From positions 1 through 56,627 of the IMG/VR virus record IMGVR_UViG_3300027732_000025: a DNA stretch of 56,627 bases; one strand, given 5' to 3'. The DNA comes from a virus. Taxonomy: Duplodnaviria; Caudoviricetes. Shown piece after piece: positions 36,348-45,863 of this stretch. The notes under the pieces were generated by a model, which was given only the letters and a program-made list of their open reading frames with translations, was not told the origin of the DNA and searched no databases. Both the position numbers and the translations under genes were made by a program. How positions within the stretch are numbered: position 1 is the stretch's first letter; the number at the start of each line of letters is the position of its first letter.

Positions 36348-36442
36348 GAAACTCACTCGCATCTGCTTTTTGAGCCGCGTGTTCTACACCCTTTATTTCT
36401 AGACTAGTACTAGGGGCGTGTGCACATTTACACTAGAGTTTC
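36348..36442 (-). ncRNA. candidate stable small RNA between tRNAs
   Basis: closed by GAAACTC/GAGTTTC with internal stems; not a cloverleaf. Confidence 0.35.
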
Positions 36443-36448
36443 AAAACT

Positions 36449-36532
36449 TGGTGCGCAAGGAGAGACTCGAACTCTCAATCCTTTCGGCACTGGCTTCTAA
36501 GACCAGCGTGTATACCATTCCACCACTCGCGC
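36449..36532 (-). tRNA. tRNA-Leu(UAG)
   Basis: long variable arm, CCA. Confidence 0.93.
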
Positions 36533-36535
36533 AAA

Positions 36536-36621
36536 ATATCATAGTGAAGCATAGCACTAGCCAGTTGAATACAGCCGACCAGACTTCCTTATCAGTGAAG
36601 TGCTATGCTTCACTATGATAT
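36536..36621. repeat. perfect 23-bp inverted repeat with a 40-nt loop
   Basis: atatcatagtgaagcatagcact / agtgctatgcttcactatgatat. Confidence 0.9.
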
Positions 36622-36624
36622 CAC

Positions 36625-36712
36625 CATATTGAAATGCACTACAGGATATCTCACCCTCGCCGACGATTACCACCGCCCCAGCATGCTATGTTTTCAAGTG
36701 CATTTCAATATG
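36625..36712. repeat. perfect 16-bp inverted repeat with a 56-nt loop
   Basis: catattgaaatgcact / agtgcatttcaatatg. Confidence 0.9.
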
Positions 36713-36750
36713 ACACCAGAGCGAACCCTGGATCCATACAGATTACAGAC

Positions 36751-36765
36751 AAATTGTAAAAGAGC
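36751..36765 (-). promoter_or_regulatory. boxA-like antitermination element
   Basis: GCTCTTTTACAATTT vs rrn boxA GCTCTTTAACAATTT; in the leader of the RNA operon. Confidence 0.6.
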
Positions 36766-36798
36766 GGCGGGAAGTTCAACTAACCAACCCATAAAGAT

Positions 36799-36827
36799 AT
36801 TATACTTCTAATTTGAATAAAAGTAAA
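36799..36827 (-). promoter_or_regulatory. early promoter of the tRNA/tmRNA operon
   Basis: TTTACT-17-TATAAT. Confidence 0.78.
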
Positions 36828-36833
36828 CTCTAT

Positions 36834-38258
36834 TTAGAACTTGAATCCACCGAAGTCAGTAGGTCTTGGCTTCGAGCGATCATACAGGGGAATGTCTGGC
36901 TCCTCAACTTTCTTCATCTTGCCCTTCGGACTAAACGATGAGCCAGTAGCAATAGATGTCTGGGCAGACTTCTCAAGATCAAACAACTTCATCCTAGAAC
37001 GATTGATACCAACGACGAATCGCTTATTGATCGCAGTATCAGCATAACGATTCTTCAACTGCTTGATCAGGATTTGATTGATCTCATCCAGTTCCTCAGT
37101 TCGAATCAAAGCAAGCATCAGGTCAGCAGTATGGACCAGACCCATTGACTCAGAAGTATCTGTAAGTTCAATATCCGAGTTATCAAAACCATTACGATTG
37201 ACCTGAGTAGCACTGATCAATGGAATGTCATACTCAACTGCCAGACTACGCAGCTCTTCAGCGATACTCTTTATATAGGAATAACTGTTAACACTACCAC
37301 CCATCTTCATGCGCGAGGACGCACAGATACCAAGATAGTCAACGATCAGGAAGTCAGGCTTAAAATCTTTCTTAATCTTCAACTCTTCAAGCAAACCACG
37401 GAAGTGACCAGAATGAGCAGAGCCAGTTGGATATTCCTTGACGATCAATTTACCCTGAGTCTTTTTACTGATCGTAGCAATCTTCTGAACGAATTCTTCC
37501 TTGGAAAGTTCAGCCAGTTTATCAATGTCAATACCGAGAAGGTTTGCATCAATACGTTCCGCGATTCTTTCCTCGGACATTTCTAGAGTAATGTAAAGAA
37601 CATTCTTACCCTGGCGCAGAGCAGCAGCGGCGAAGTGACTCATAACCAGACTCTTACCACCACCAGATTGAGCAGCCAACAGAGTCAGCGTTTTCTTAGC
37701 CAGACCACCCTTGGTAATATCATTAAGAATCTCTAGATCGAATGCAATCTTTTCTTCCTTACGAGTATAGAACTCATAACGAGCAGTTGCATCTTCAAGG
37801 TAGGAGTGACCAACTGCAGTATCAAACGAAATAGCCAAGGCATCCTGAAGAATCTTCGGAATACCTTCTTTGTTCAGTTCTTTATCCTTACCATCAATAA
37901 TCTTAATGGAACGAAGGATAGCATTGTATACACTCTTTTCCTTACAGAACTTCTCAGTCTGCTCCAACAACCACTCTTTACTAGTTGGCTTCTCATCAGT
38001 AAAGTTATCAACGATCTCAAGGGCATTCTTGAGATCAGTATCAGTCAGATCATTTCTCTGCGCAAGTTGCACACGAATAATTTCTTTCGTAGGCAACTTG
38101 TTATACTTTATGAAGAATCCATTTATCTCTATGAGCAAAGTCTTTTCTGCCTTTTCGACAAAGTAATCAGCTTCGAGGAATGGCGTAGCCTTACGTGAGT
38201 ATTCCTCATCAATCAATAAATTCGATAGAATAGTTTCTTCAATTCTCAGATTTGTCAT
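36834..38258 (-). CDS. gp41: replicative DNA helicase
   Basis: AQSGGGKS Walker A, TLEMSE, KEYPT, VDYL, ATQ.NR, KQLKNRY. Confidence 0.95.
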   Translation of the reverse strand: MTNLRIEETILSNLLIDEEYSRKATPFLEADYFVEKAEKTLLIEINGFFIKYNKLPTKEIIRVQLAQRNDLTDTDLKNALEIVDNFTDEKPTSKEWLLEQTEKFCKEKSVYNAILRSIKIIDGKDKELNKEGIPKILQDALAISFDTAVGHSYLEDATARYEFYTRKEEKIAFDLEILNDITKGGLAKKTLTLLAAQSGGGKSLVMSHFAAAALRQGKNVLYITLEMSEERIAERIDANLLGIDIDKLAELSKEEFVQKIATISKKTQGKLIVKEYPTGSAHSGHFRGLLEELKIKKDFKPDFLIVDYLGICASSRMKMGGSVNSYSYIKSIAEELRSLAVEYDIPLISATQVNRNGFDNSDIELTDTSESMGLVHTADLMLALIRTEELDEINQILIKQLKNRYADTAINKRFVVGINRSRMKLFDLEKSAQTSIATGSSFSPKGKMKKVEEPDIPLYDRSKPRPTDFGGFKF

Positions 38259-38523
38259 TGTTTCTTTCTTCGCGTTTCATTTCTTCTTGAATAAATGCCA
38301 TTAAGACCTGGCCCAGAAAATCGTGTAAACGAGGTTCCTGTTCAGGTTCAATTGTACCCTCAATTATGTCAACTTCAAAGGAAAGATTATTATCTTCATT
38401 TTCCGGAAACCATGCACGACCAAACCTAACTACCACACCTTCGAACTCACCTTCTGTAATTCGAATCGGTCTAATCTTGTCTGATTCTGCCTCTTGCACT
38501 AACTCAATTTTATCTAAAATCAT
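38239..38523 (-). CDS. hypothetical protein (gp40 position)
   Basis: between uvsX and gp41; I.I..G.F.G motif. Confidence 0.55.
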   Translation of the reverse strand: MILDKIELVQEAESDKIRPIRITEGEFEGVVVRFGRAWFPENEDNNLSFEVDIIEGTIEPEQEPRLHDFLGQVLMAFIQEEMKREERNNDKSEN

Positions 38524-38532
38524 AATTACCTC

Positions 38533-39063
38533 TTATGGGTTAATCAGAGAATTCGGATTTGCTAAGTCGAATAACAAAGTAATTCTGTCATCATCACTGA
38601 TACACTCAGCACTGTGCGTTGTCTGTAAATCGAACCAGAACAGAGTGCCAGGTGTAATCGTATACACTGGATCACCTTCTACTTTATACAGATACTTTCC
38701 TTGCAGACAAAGATGGTAACGCATCTTGTCCATATAGTAATCACCGGAGTCATCCTTATGCGGAGGAACATTACCACCAGGAGGCAATCGATAAATTCCT
38801 GCCCATGCATGGTGATAGAAGTTCCTACGGCGCATCCAGTTCAGAATAGTTGGGCACTTATAATACTGCGGAGTATTGATTGTCTCACTCGAATCAAGGA
38901 TAGAGGTATCTTGCCCTGCATAAACTACAGGAACAGTCAAAGGCACGACAGTATGCGTCTTTACCTTCGAGTGAGTAACCCAACTCTCCGGAGAAAGCGA
39001 AAGAGCTTCATCCAGTAGTGGTTTGACATTAATACCTCTTTCGATGATTCGAATGTTAATCAT
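38533..39063 (-). CDS. aspartyl/asparaginyl beta-hydroxylase-like 2OG-Fe(II) oxygenase
   Basis: L.PGG.V..H.D, RYHL.L, G..FWFD...HSA, R..L.FD. Confidence 0.8.
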   Translation of the reverse strand: MINIRIIERGINVKPLLDEALSLSPESWVTHSKVKTHTVVPLTVPVVYAGQDTSILDSSETINTPQYYKCPTILNWMRRRNFYHHAWAGIYRLPPGGNVPPHKDDSGDYYMDKMRYHLCLQGKYLYKVEGDPVYTITPGTLFWFDLQTTHSAECISDDDRITLLFDLANPNSLINP

Positions 39064-40121
39064 TAAACTTCCTCTAGTTCTGCGTCGATATCCTCATCAG
39101 TGATGATGTCACCATTGGATACTTGATATGAGTTCTTGATGTATTCCTGGAATGATGCGGAGGAGAGGATCGACTGCCAGAACAACTTGGAGTCGGTATC
39201 CTTTGCGCGCCACTTCTTATCTTCGATCTCACCAGTCTCTTTGTTTACTCTGGAGTACCAACCCATTGAAGGTTTGATAACATGACCAGACTCAATCGCA
39301 ATATCAAGCAGACCAGACCAAGTAGAGACGCCACCTTCGAACTTTACTTCAATAGGAATCTTTGACTTCTCACGAACATACCTGGACTTCTCGACATTGA
39401 TAATGAAGTTATATCCGATAATGTCAGTACCTTCCTTCTCTTGTTGGCGACCAAGGATAAAGATGTTATCAGCTGAAAGGTAAACACCAGTACCACCAGA
39501 GACGATTGCCTTTGGATACAGACCTTGTTCCATATAGATGTGATTCACAGCAACCATAGGAATATCCAGACGATTCAGGTATGGAGTAATCATACGGAAG
39601 ATCGACTTCATCTGCTTAGCACGAGACATATCCGCAACGGACTTGCCTTCAATGGCATCATCCATTTCTTTCTTGGACGACATATTACCGAGCGAATCAA
39701 TAACGAAGATAACCTTGTCTCCGCGATTCAATGCCTCAAGTTGCTTGATAACATCAAACTTAAACTCTTCCATATTCATAATAGGAACATGGAGAATGCG
39801 TTCTTGATCAATGTTCAGTGACTTAAAGTAAGCAGATGGTGTGCCGAACTCGCAGTCATAAAAGATCATAACTGCTTCTGGGTATTTCTCAAGATATGCC
39901 TTTGCCATAATCAATGAGAACATTGACTTAAAATGCTTTGATGGTCCACACCACAAAGTAAGACCAGGAACAAATCCACCATCAATCTCACCTGACAATG
40001 CGATATTCATTGCAGGGATTGAGGTCGGGATCATATCTTTCTTGGTGAAATACTTACTGTCCGAAAGAACAGCAGTATCTTTAATAGTTGAATTCTTGCG
40101 AAGTCGTTCAAGCAAACTCAT
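39063..40121 (-). CDS. uvsX: RecA-like recombinase
   Basis: NIALSG, GPSKHFKS, IDSLGN, SGG.G, KSR..REKS. Confidence 0.95.
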   Translation of the reverse strand: MSLLERLRKNSTIKDTAVLSDSKYFTKKDMIPTSIPAMNIALSGEIDGGFVPGLTLWCGPSKHFKSMFSLIMAKAYLEKYPEAVMIFYDCEFGTPSAYFKSLNIDQERILHVPIMNMEEFKFDVIKQLEALNRGDKVIFVIDSLGNMSSKKEMDDAIEGKSVADMSRAKQMKSIFRMITPYLNRLDIPMVAVNHIYMEQGLYPKAIVSGGTGVYLSADNIFILGRQQEKEGTDIIGYNFIINVEKSRYVREKSKIPIEVKFEGGVSTWSGLLDIAIESGHVIKPSMGWYSRVNKETGEIEDKKWRAKDTDSKLFWQSILSSASFQEYIKNSYQVSNGDIITDEDIDAELEEV

Positions 40122-40143
40122 AGGTATATCTCCTTATTAGATG

Positions 40144-40159
40144 ACCAAGTATACTTGGT
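40144..40159 (-). promoter_or_regulatory. 16-bp palindrome centred on a -10 box upstream of uvsX
   Basis: accaagtatacttggt. Confidence 0.5.
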
Positions 40160-40207
40160 ATCAGGGGTAAAACAAAATAAATTATTACGCTCTCAAGAGC
40201 AGTTTAA

Positions 40208-42712
40208 TCATCCGAAGAAGTCCTCAAGGGAACTTGTCTCCTCAGCTGCCCAACCGATCGGCTGGAGGACAATATCCATTGCATTGATGAAACTCTTTTG
40301 AAATTGCATCTCATAATCAACATACTCATGTAAACCAAGATCCGGAGGAAGGATCCCATCAGCAGGAATCGCAATGATGTTTTCCTTCAGTGGATTCGGC
40401 ATTGTCAGATACATAAACTTAATCTTGTCGCCATCATTTATCAGAGGATACTTGCTCTGAAGTTTCTTCCTCTTGACAATCTCATTATACAAAAGAACAC
40501 CTCTTACGTGAATAGGAGTTGCCTTCTTGTAAATCGAATTAGCATCTGCATAATCATCAATAGAATTAGCAGTACGAGGAAAGGCAATAGCAGAGATAGG
40601 AAGTTTATTAAACTCTTCACGTGCCTCACTAATAAACAACTGAACAGTCTTCTCAGTACCATCAAATACCTGCACAAGAGACTCTCGTAACTTACCACGA
40701 ATGAATGCAGGAGTCGATGACCGAACCATCTCAAGACCCATTACCTTAAACTTTGGCTTAGCATAAGTAACACCTTCTGAAGAGTGCACTCGGACAATAT
40801 ACTTCTTCTTTGCGCACCAGATAGCCGTATCACCAACTGCTTCCAACTTAAAGTGGATATCATTCTCAAAGAAACCAAGCGTATCTGCTACCTCACCGCA
40901 GATCTTATTGATCTCAGTCTGAAGAATATCTTTCGCTACCTTCTCAAGACTCTTTACGATTTCCTCAGTAGGCTTACCACTTAAGAACTTATCAACCACT
41001 GGCTTCATATTCACATACACGGAGTCAGTATCAACATAGACAAGATATTTGTGCTCGCCAGTATCGAACTTCTTATTGAGAGCAATATCCAAAGCAACTT
41101 CAATCTTCTTCAGAATGTATTGACCAGTTATAGTAATTGACTCAGCGACATCTGGATTAAAGAATCGGAATCCTTCATTTGCCGTAGCACCATAAAGACT
41201 GTTCAGTGCAATCTTCGCAGCCATCTGCGCATTATTCAACGCAGAGATCTTCGGAAGCAATGACTTATCCTTGGACTTCTCATACTGAGATTCAAGCCCA
41301 AGCATCTGACTCTTTGCTGTCTTTCTCGCAGCCATCATTTCCTTAATCAGACGAGGAAGAACGCCAGTCTTTTCTTTAGTAAACAATGCACCGATCGGAG
41401 AGATAGCATAATCCTGCTGAACATACGGAGAAGTAATGTTGGGATTATCCAGCAGAGAATCCATAGTTATATCAGTACGTCCAGCGAAAGTCTCAGGGCT
41501 GATATTCAATGACATCATAATACTTGGATACAAAGAGGTAGCATCAAGACTGACGATCCAGTTGTACTTACCAGTCAGAGGTTCCTTTACATACGCACCA
41601 TCGATGCTTCTGCAACCAGTATGGCCACGCTGCGGCACAACGATCTTTTCGCGCAACAGAGAATTATGAATCAGAGCATCCCACATCTTTACTGGACTGA
41701 ACACATCCGTAAAGTTGATCTTCGCCTGATATGCCATCGTAATGATCAACTCAAGCAATTTCAACTTATCCTCGAGTTCAGTTACCAGCTGCGTATCTAC
41801 GATGTTGTAATGAACAAAGTCATTCCAGTGATGATCGATGTTATCATTGAAGGTATCACCTGGAAGATCTACCTTCGTATGACCGAGTTCTTCAGCAGCA
41901 ATATACTTCAGAGAGTAGCTCTCTTGCTTCGTGTATGTAAACTTCTTGTACAGAGCAAGGTAGTCAAGGATAGCGATACCCTTGATGTCAACAGTCATTT
42001 CTTCTTTACCACGATAAGACTGCATCTCTGCGCTAACGAATCCCCAAGGACTCATCTTCTTCATTGCATCTTCGCCGAGGATGCGCTTGATTCGATTGAT
42101 CAGATAAGGAATGTCGAAGAACTCAATGTTCCAGCCAGTAATGATGTCAATGTCAGAAAATTCCCAGAACATCAGGAACTGCTTCAACAAAGAATACTCA
42201 TCTGCGCAACTGATGAATTTAGAATCATATCCAGTATAACCAATATACGCACCCTTGCCAAAAGTATAGCAGGTCTTGGTCTTTACATTCTGAAGAGTAA
42301 TAAGAACTACTTCTTCATTCGCTGTCTCTGGCTTAGGGAATCCCTCATCACCTGTGCGCGTCTCGATGTCGATTGACCAGACAGAAAGATTATTCATATC
42401 TGGAGTAATCTTCTGTGGGTAACGATTGTTGAGATACTGTAGGGTAAAGTTCAATTGACCAAAGATCGAGAACCCATCTACGCCTTCGTATTGCTTGATG
42501 AAGTCTTTGGTCTCACGGATGTTTCCTGCGGTTATTTCCTTCACAGGATCACCATACAGGCTCTTGAACACACTCTCAGTATTGTTGTTGTCTTTGAGAA
42601 ACAACGTCGGTTGCCACTGCTCTTTGGACTTCTGACGAACACCATTGACAACTTCACGTGTCATAACGGTATTGCCAAAGACTTCTACGTTCGTGTAAAA
42701 CGAATCACTCAC
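40208..42712 (-). CDS. gp43: family B DNA polymerase
   Basis: DIET exo I, DATSLYPS, K...NS.YG, YVDTDS, C-terminal SLEDFF clamp peptide. Confidence 0.97.
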   Translation of the reverse strand: MSDSFYTNVEVFGNTVMTREVVNGVRQKSKEQWQPTLFLKDNNNTESVFKSLYGDPVKEITAGNIRETKDFIKQYEGVDGFSIFGQLNFTLQYLNNRYPQKITPDMNNLSVWSIDIETRTGDEGFPKPETANEEVVLITLQNVKTKTCYTFGKGAYIGYTGYDSKFISCADEYSLLKQFLMFWEFSDIDIITGWNIEFFDIPYLINRIKRILGEDAMKKMSPWGFVSAEMQSYRGKEEMTVDIKGIAILDYLALYKKFTYTKQESYSLKYIAAEELGHTKVDLPGDTFNDNIDHHWNDFVHYNIVDTQLVTELEDKLKLLELIITMAYQAKINFTDVFSPVKMWDALIHNSLLREKIVVPQRGHTGCRSIDGAYVKEPLTGKYNWIVSLDATSLYPSIMMSLNISPETFAGRTDITMDSLLDNPNITSPYVQQDYAISPIGALFTKEKTGVLPRLIKEMMAARKTAKSQMLGLESQYEKSKDKSLLPKISALNNAQMAAKIALNSLYGATANEGFRFFNPDVAESITITGQYILKKIEVALDIALNKKFDTGEHKYLVYVDTDSVYVNMKPVVDKFLSGKPTEEIVKSLEKVAKDILQTEINKICGEVADTLGFFENDIHFKLEAVGDTAIWCAKKKYIVRVHSSEGVTYAKPKFKVMGLEMVRSSTPAFIRGKLRESLVQVFDGTEKTVQLFISEAREEFNKLPISAIAFPRTANSIDDYADANSIYKKATPIHVRGVLLYNEIVKRKKLQSKYPLINDGDKIKFMYLTMPNPLKENIIAIPADGILPPDLGLHEYVDYEMQFQKSFINAMDIVLQPIGWAAEETSSLEDFFG

Positions 42713-42732
42713 TAGGCATCTCCATAATAATT

Positions 42733-42773
42733 ACAGCAGGAACAAGTATACCTGCTGTTGAGTCAGAAGTAAA
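42733..42773 (-). promoter_or_regulatory. gp43 promoter with -10 in a hairpin loop
   Basis: TTTACT-17-TATACT; acagcagg/cctgctgt arms. Confidence 0.7.
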
Positions 42774-42836
42774 ATAAATTCTGATTTAGTATAAATCATT
42801 CATACTATTTCGCTAAATAATATAAAAGGAGGTAAT

Positions 42837-42995
42837 ATGAAACAAAAGAACCTACTACGTAAACTGTACGAAGCATGTCTCGAGCATAATGCAGAGAAGA
42901 TTGCCGAACTCGAGAAACTAGAGTTCGAGAAGATCTTTAAGCGAAAGGCCAATGGTAAGCCATTTACGACGAAATGGATTCTGGCTCGGATTTAG
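42837..42995 (+). CDS. small late protein
   Basis: not in the ORF track; GCTAAATA promoter, GGAGG RBS, 52 aa. Confidence 0.6.
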   Translation: MKQKNLLRKLYEACLEHNAEKIAELEKLEFEKIFKRKANGKPFTTKWILARI

Positions 42996-43642
42996 TATTT
43001 TCCCGAAGCAAGTACTATCCTGCAAATATGTTCTAGCCTCTCTATGTGCTCATACGCTCGCCAAGGGCTGGTATCAATGGCCACAACTCCATGTCCTTTG
43101 ATGCCAACTATGTCATAGGCAATGTTGCCTTTTTTATCCAACTTTAACATCTTATGGCATTCATCGGCAAGTTCTTGGCTAATTGGTGCAACATCACCAA
43201 CGTTGGGAGCCACTTGCGTGTAACGATTGAGTTCTGGAAATGCATCACTGATAGTACTCAAATCAATACCAGCATGCATAGCGGCGATACAGTAAGTTGG
43301 ATGAACATGCACTACAACTCTAACATCGCCTGCGTGTTGCCCTAACTCTTTTTGTAGTCCAAAGTGTAAAGGTAGTTCTCCGCTGGGCTTTAGATTCTTA
43401 CTGATGTCAGTGTAATCCATCTCTTTGCTTGAATAATGCAATCGAGGAGGCTGGTCGTAGAAACCCTCTTCAACGCCAATCTTCTTAAACTGATCAGGTT
43501 GTAGTGTTTGTTTGCGCACACCACTGGGAGTAATATAAAAATGATCACGATCGTGGTGGCGAATACTCACATTACCATCTCTGCTGGTAATCCAATTACG
43601 ATTGTATGCATCTTCTAATAATTCACATATAGTTTCTAACAT
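42992..43642 (-). CDS. class II aldolase/adducin family protein
   Basis: DGNVS, ITPSG, PSGE..LH, HVHP, GHG. Confidence 0.85.
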   Translation of the reverse strand: MLETICELLEDAYNRNWITSRDGNVSIRHHDRDHFYITPSGVRKQTLQPDQFKKIGVEEGFYDQPPRLHYSSKEMDYTDISKNLKPSGELPLHFGLQKELGQHAGDVRVVVHVHPTYCIAAMHAGIDLSTISDAFPELNRYTQVAPNVGDVAPISQELADECHKMLKLDKKGNIAYDIVGIKGHGVVAIDTSPWRAYEHIERLEHICRIVLASGKY

Positions 43643-43661
43643 AATAAATCCCTTTAATAAA

Positions 43662-44240
43662 TTACTGCTTACCGAATAGAATCATAGCCAGGTCAAAGGC
43701 ACAGTCGTGCTCTGGAGAATGCTTAAGGACTTGATCTCGGTCAAAGCCAAGGCATAGTTCTGGGTCAACATCCACATACCCATTCTTTGAAGTATCTGGA
43801 TACATAATATCAATTGCCGTACGAACATCTCGATACATATTATACTTGAACAGAGGTTCAGCATTGACTGCTCTAAACAGAGAATCTAGACACATCTGGT
43901 CAAGGCTACCTCGAATCCAGCAGAGGTCATCTTTCTTCGCTCGTTCATTTACCCATTTCTGAAGAACAGCAATTCCCTCTTCAACAGAGAGATCAGTTTT
44001 CTTTGGGTAGTAGCTGCGATCCTTTGCGAATTCGGATTGCTTAGTCCACCACTCAACAGTAGACATCATTACAACTCTGCCAACAGATATCTGATCCTTG
44101 ACACTCAACTTAACGAAAATTGAATTGTCAAGAATTTCTTGGTAGGACTTTGGTTCTGTATTAGAAACATAAGACAGACCAACAGAAAGAATAATAGAGG
44201 TGCTTTCAACCCCTAGCGTTTCAATATCTAATGCAAACAT
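43662..44240 (-). CDS. dexA: DexA-like 3'-5' exonuclease
   Basis: LDIETLG, WW..Q, RDVRT, H....DC..D. Confidence 0.72.
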   Translation of the reverse strand: MFALDIETLGVESTSIILSVGLSYVSNTEPKSYQEILDNSIFVKLSVKDQISVGRVVMMSTVEWWTKQSEFAKDRSYYPKKTDLSVEEGIAVLQKWVNERAKKDDLCWIRGSLDQMCLDSLFRAVNAEPLFKYNMYRDVRTAIDIMYPDTSKNGYVDVDPELCLGFDRDQVLKHSPEHDCAFDLAMILFGKQ

Positions 44241-44251
44241 AATAAATCCAA

Positions 44252-44458
44252 TCAGAAATAGTCGATATGCTTACCAGCAGCTGCTTCATCAATAAATGCA
44301 ATCGCCTCATCTGAGTCAGAGAAGTAACGCATCATAAAGATATTTGGGTCTTTTACATTAAGAACAATAAGCATTATATTAGTGGTGTCACTTATGCTTA
44401 TGCGAAACAGCCAATCGTCTCGCATAAGCATAGGGAAAATAGTTAGTTTATTGATCAT
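44252..44458 (-). CDS. hypothetical protein
   Basis: 68 aa ORF. Confidence 0.5.
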   Translation of the reverse strand: MINKLTIFPMLMRDDWLFRISISDTTNIMLIVLNVKDPNIFMMRYFSDSDEAIAFIDEAAAGKHIDYF

Positions 44459-44461
44459 ACT

Positions 44462-44488
44462 AGAAGGGCTGGTTGCCCAGCCCTGTCT
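44462..44488 (-). terminator. hairpin after hsp20
   Basis: agggctgg/ccagccct. Confidence 0.55.
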
Positions 44489-44493
44489 GTTTA

Positions 44494-44973
44494 TTACAAC
44501 ATATCTTCGTTCAAGATCTTCTTCTCAGAAGTTCCAGCTGGCTGACGAATATTGATTTTCTTCGCCTTCTGTGCTTCTGGTACAAGACGCTCAAGATAAA
44601 TCTTAAGCAATCCATTTACTAACTCAGCGTCTTCAACACGAATATTATCTTCAAGAGTAAATGATCGGTTGAAACCCTTGTAGGTAAATCCCTTGTAGAT
44701 GAATGAATCTTCAAGAGCACCTAGTTCTTGTTTAGAAGAACGAATGGACAATACATTCTTTTCAAGTTCAATCGATACGTCACCGATAGTGTAACCAGCA
44801 ATAGCCAGTTCTACTTCGTATTTGTTTTCTTCAACCTTCTTGATATTGTATGCTGGAAAATGAGAATTCATTTTAGAAGCAACATCAGCAATTTGCTTAT
44901 GTGCATCCATGAATTTCTCCATACCAACGCTACTACGAACGATATCACCAAACACTTTTTGTAAATCAGTCAT
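44494..44973 (-). CDS. small heat shock protein (Hsp20/IbpA-like)
   Basis: FPAYNI, ELAIAG, F.RSFTL, A.L.NGLL.I. Confidence 0.9.
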   Translation of the reverse strand: MTDLQKVFGDIVRSSVGMEKFMDAHKQIADVASKMNSHFPAYNIKKVEENKYEVELAIAGYTIGDVSIELEKNVLSIRSSKQELGALEDSFIYKGFTYKGFNRSFTLEDNIRVEDAELVNGLLKIYLERLVPEAQKAKKINIRQPAGTSEKKILNEDML

Positions 44974-45034
44974 TTCTTCCCTTTCGGTAAAGTTTAATTT
45001 TGCCCCCTTTCGGCGAGCGCGGCCAGACAACATA

Positions 45035-45487
45035 TTAGTCGTCCGATTCTTGATGCTGACGTTGTTTCATACGGTCCGTCAGCATCATGAATTTTGGTTT
45101 GAAAGTCCACTTACTTTTCTCTTTGTAAGGAACTACCTTAATGTTTGACATATTGGTAGTTGGAATTTCTTCTTGAATAACTTTGCACAATCCCCACTGT
45201 TCTAACAATTTAGCGATAGTATTTCTTCGCACCAAATCTTCAACAGTAATGTCACTTTGCTTACCCTCAAGCGCAAACATCTCTTTGAAGTGTACGATAT
45301 AATACTTACCCCTTTTGTGTAGAATATGACAAGACGGATAAAGGATGAAATCCTTTTTACTAGCAATACCAATACGAGAAAGAGTTTCTCTGATCTTCAG
45401 AAATGAATCTGGTTCAGAAATCAAAACCTCGAGCATTTTCTCCGGAGTCCATTCTACATACACATCTAACGCATAATTATTTTGCAT
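45035..45487 (-). CDS. regA: translational repressor RegA
   Basis: FLKIRETL.RIG, SCHILHK.G.YYIVHFKE.F. Confidence 0.95.
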   Translation of the reverse strand: MQNNYALDVYVEWTPEKMLEVLISEPDSFLKIRETLSRIGIASKKDFILYPSCHILHKRGKYYIVHFKEMFALEGKQSDITVEDLVRRNTIAKLLEQWGLCKVIQEEIPTTNMSNIKVVPYKEKSKWTFKPKFMMLTDRMKQRQHQESDD

Positions 45488-45863
45488 TTCCTAATCCGCC
45501 TTTACATAATGAGGATTTTATTTTTTCTAGATCCTCATTATTTAATATAGCTGCATAGGAGATCGCAGTCTTGTATGAGACTGCGTATACCTTCTGAATC
45601 AACTCAATGTTCTCGTCTTTCTGTTTATCCCACTTCGCAAATCTCTTCTTCTTTGGTTGAACACCGATACGCAGGAAGTCATACTGCATCTTCTTACTTA
45701 TGTGCGACCTGGCATTCATTTCCTGCGCATACATAACAGTATCATAGTGATGCGAGAGAGCACGATTGACTAGGAATGGCTCATACTCAGATTCAGATAC
45801 ACCATCCTCCCAGTAGTCATCCCTTGATGCGCATATTGCATTGACATATTCAAATGGTTTCAT
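45477..45863 (-). CDS. gp62: clamp loader small subunit
   Basis: Y.PF.VNR.LS...DT...A.EMN, QYDF, KRF.KW. Confidence 0.9.
   Translation of the reverse strand: MKPFEYVNAICASRDDYWEDGVSESEYEPFLVNRALSHHYDTVMYAQEMNARSHISKKMQYDFLRIGVQPKKKRFAKWDKQKDENIELIQKVYAVSYKTAISYAAILNNEDLEKIKSSLCKGGLGNAK

Noticed and set aside
36559-36570. 10-nt match between hairpin loop 1 and the tmRNA terminal stem
   Set aside because: A 10-mer match is expected by chance in a window this size
41621-42376. 251-aa plus-strand ORF, and most other short plus-strand ORFs
   Set aside because: Lie antisense within gp43 or other clear genes
36834-42712. Inteins or introns in gp41, uvsX, gp43
   Set aside because: Normal lengths, continuous motifs, no intein boundary signatures
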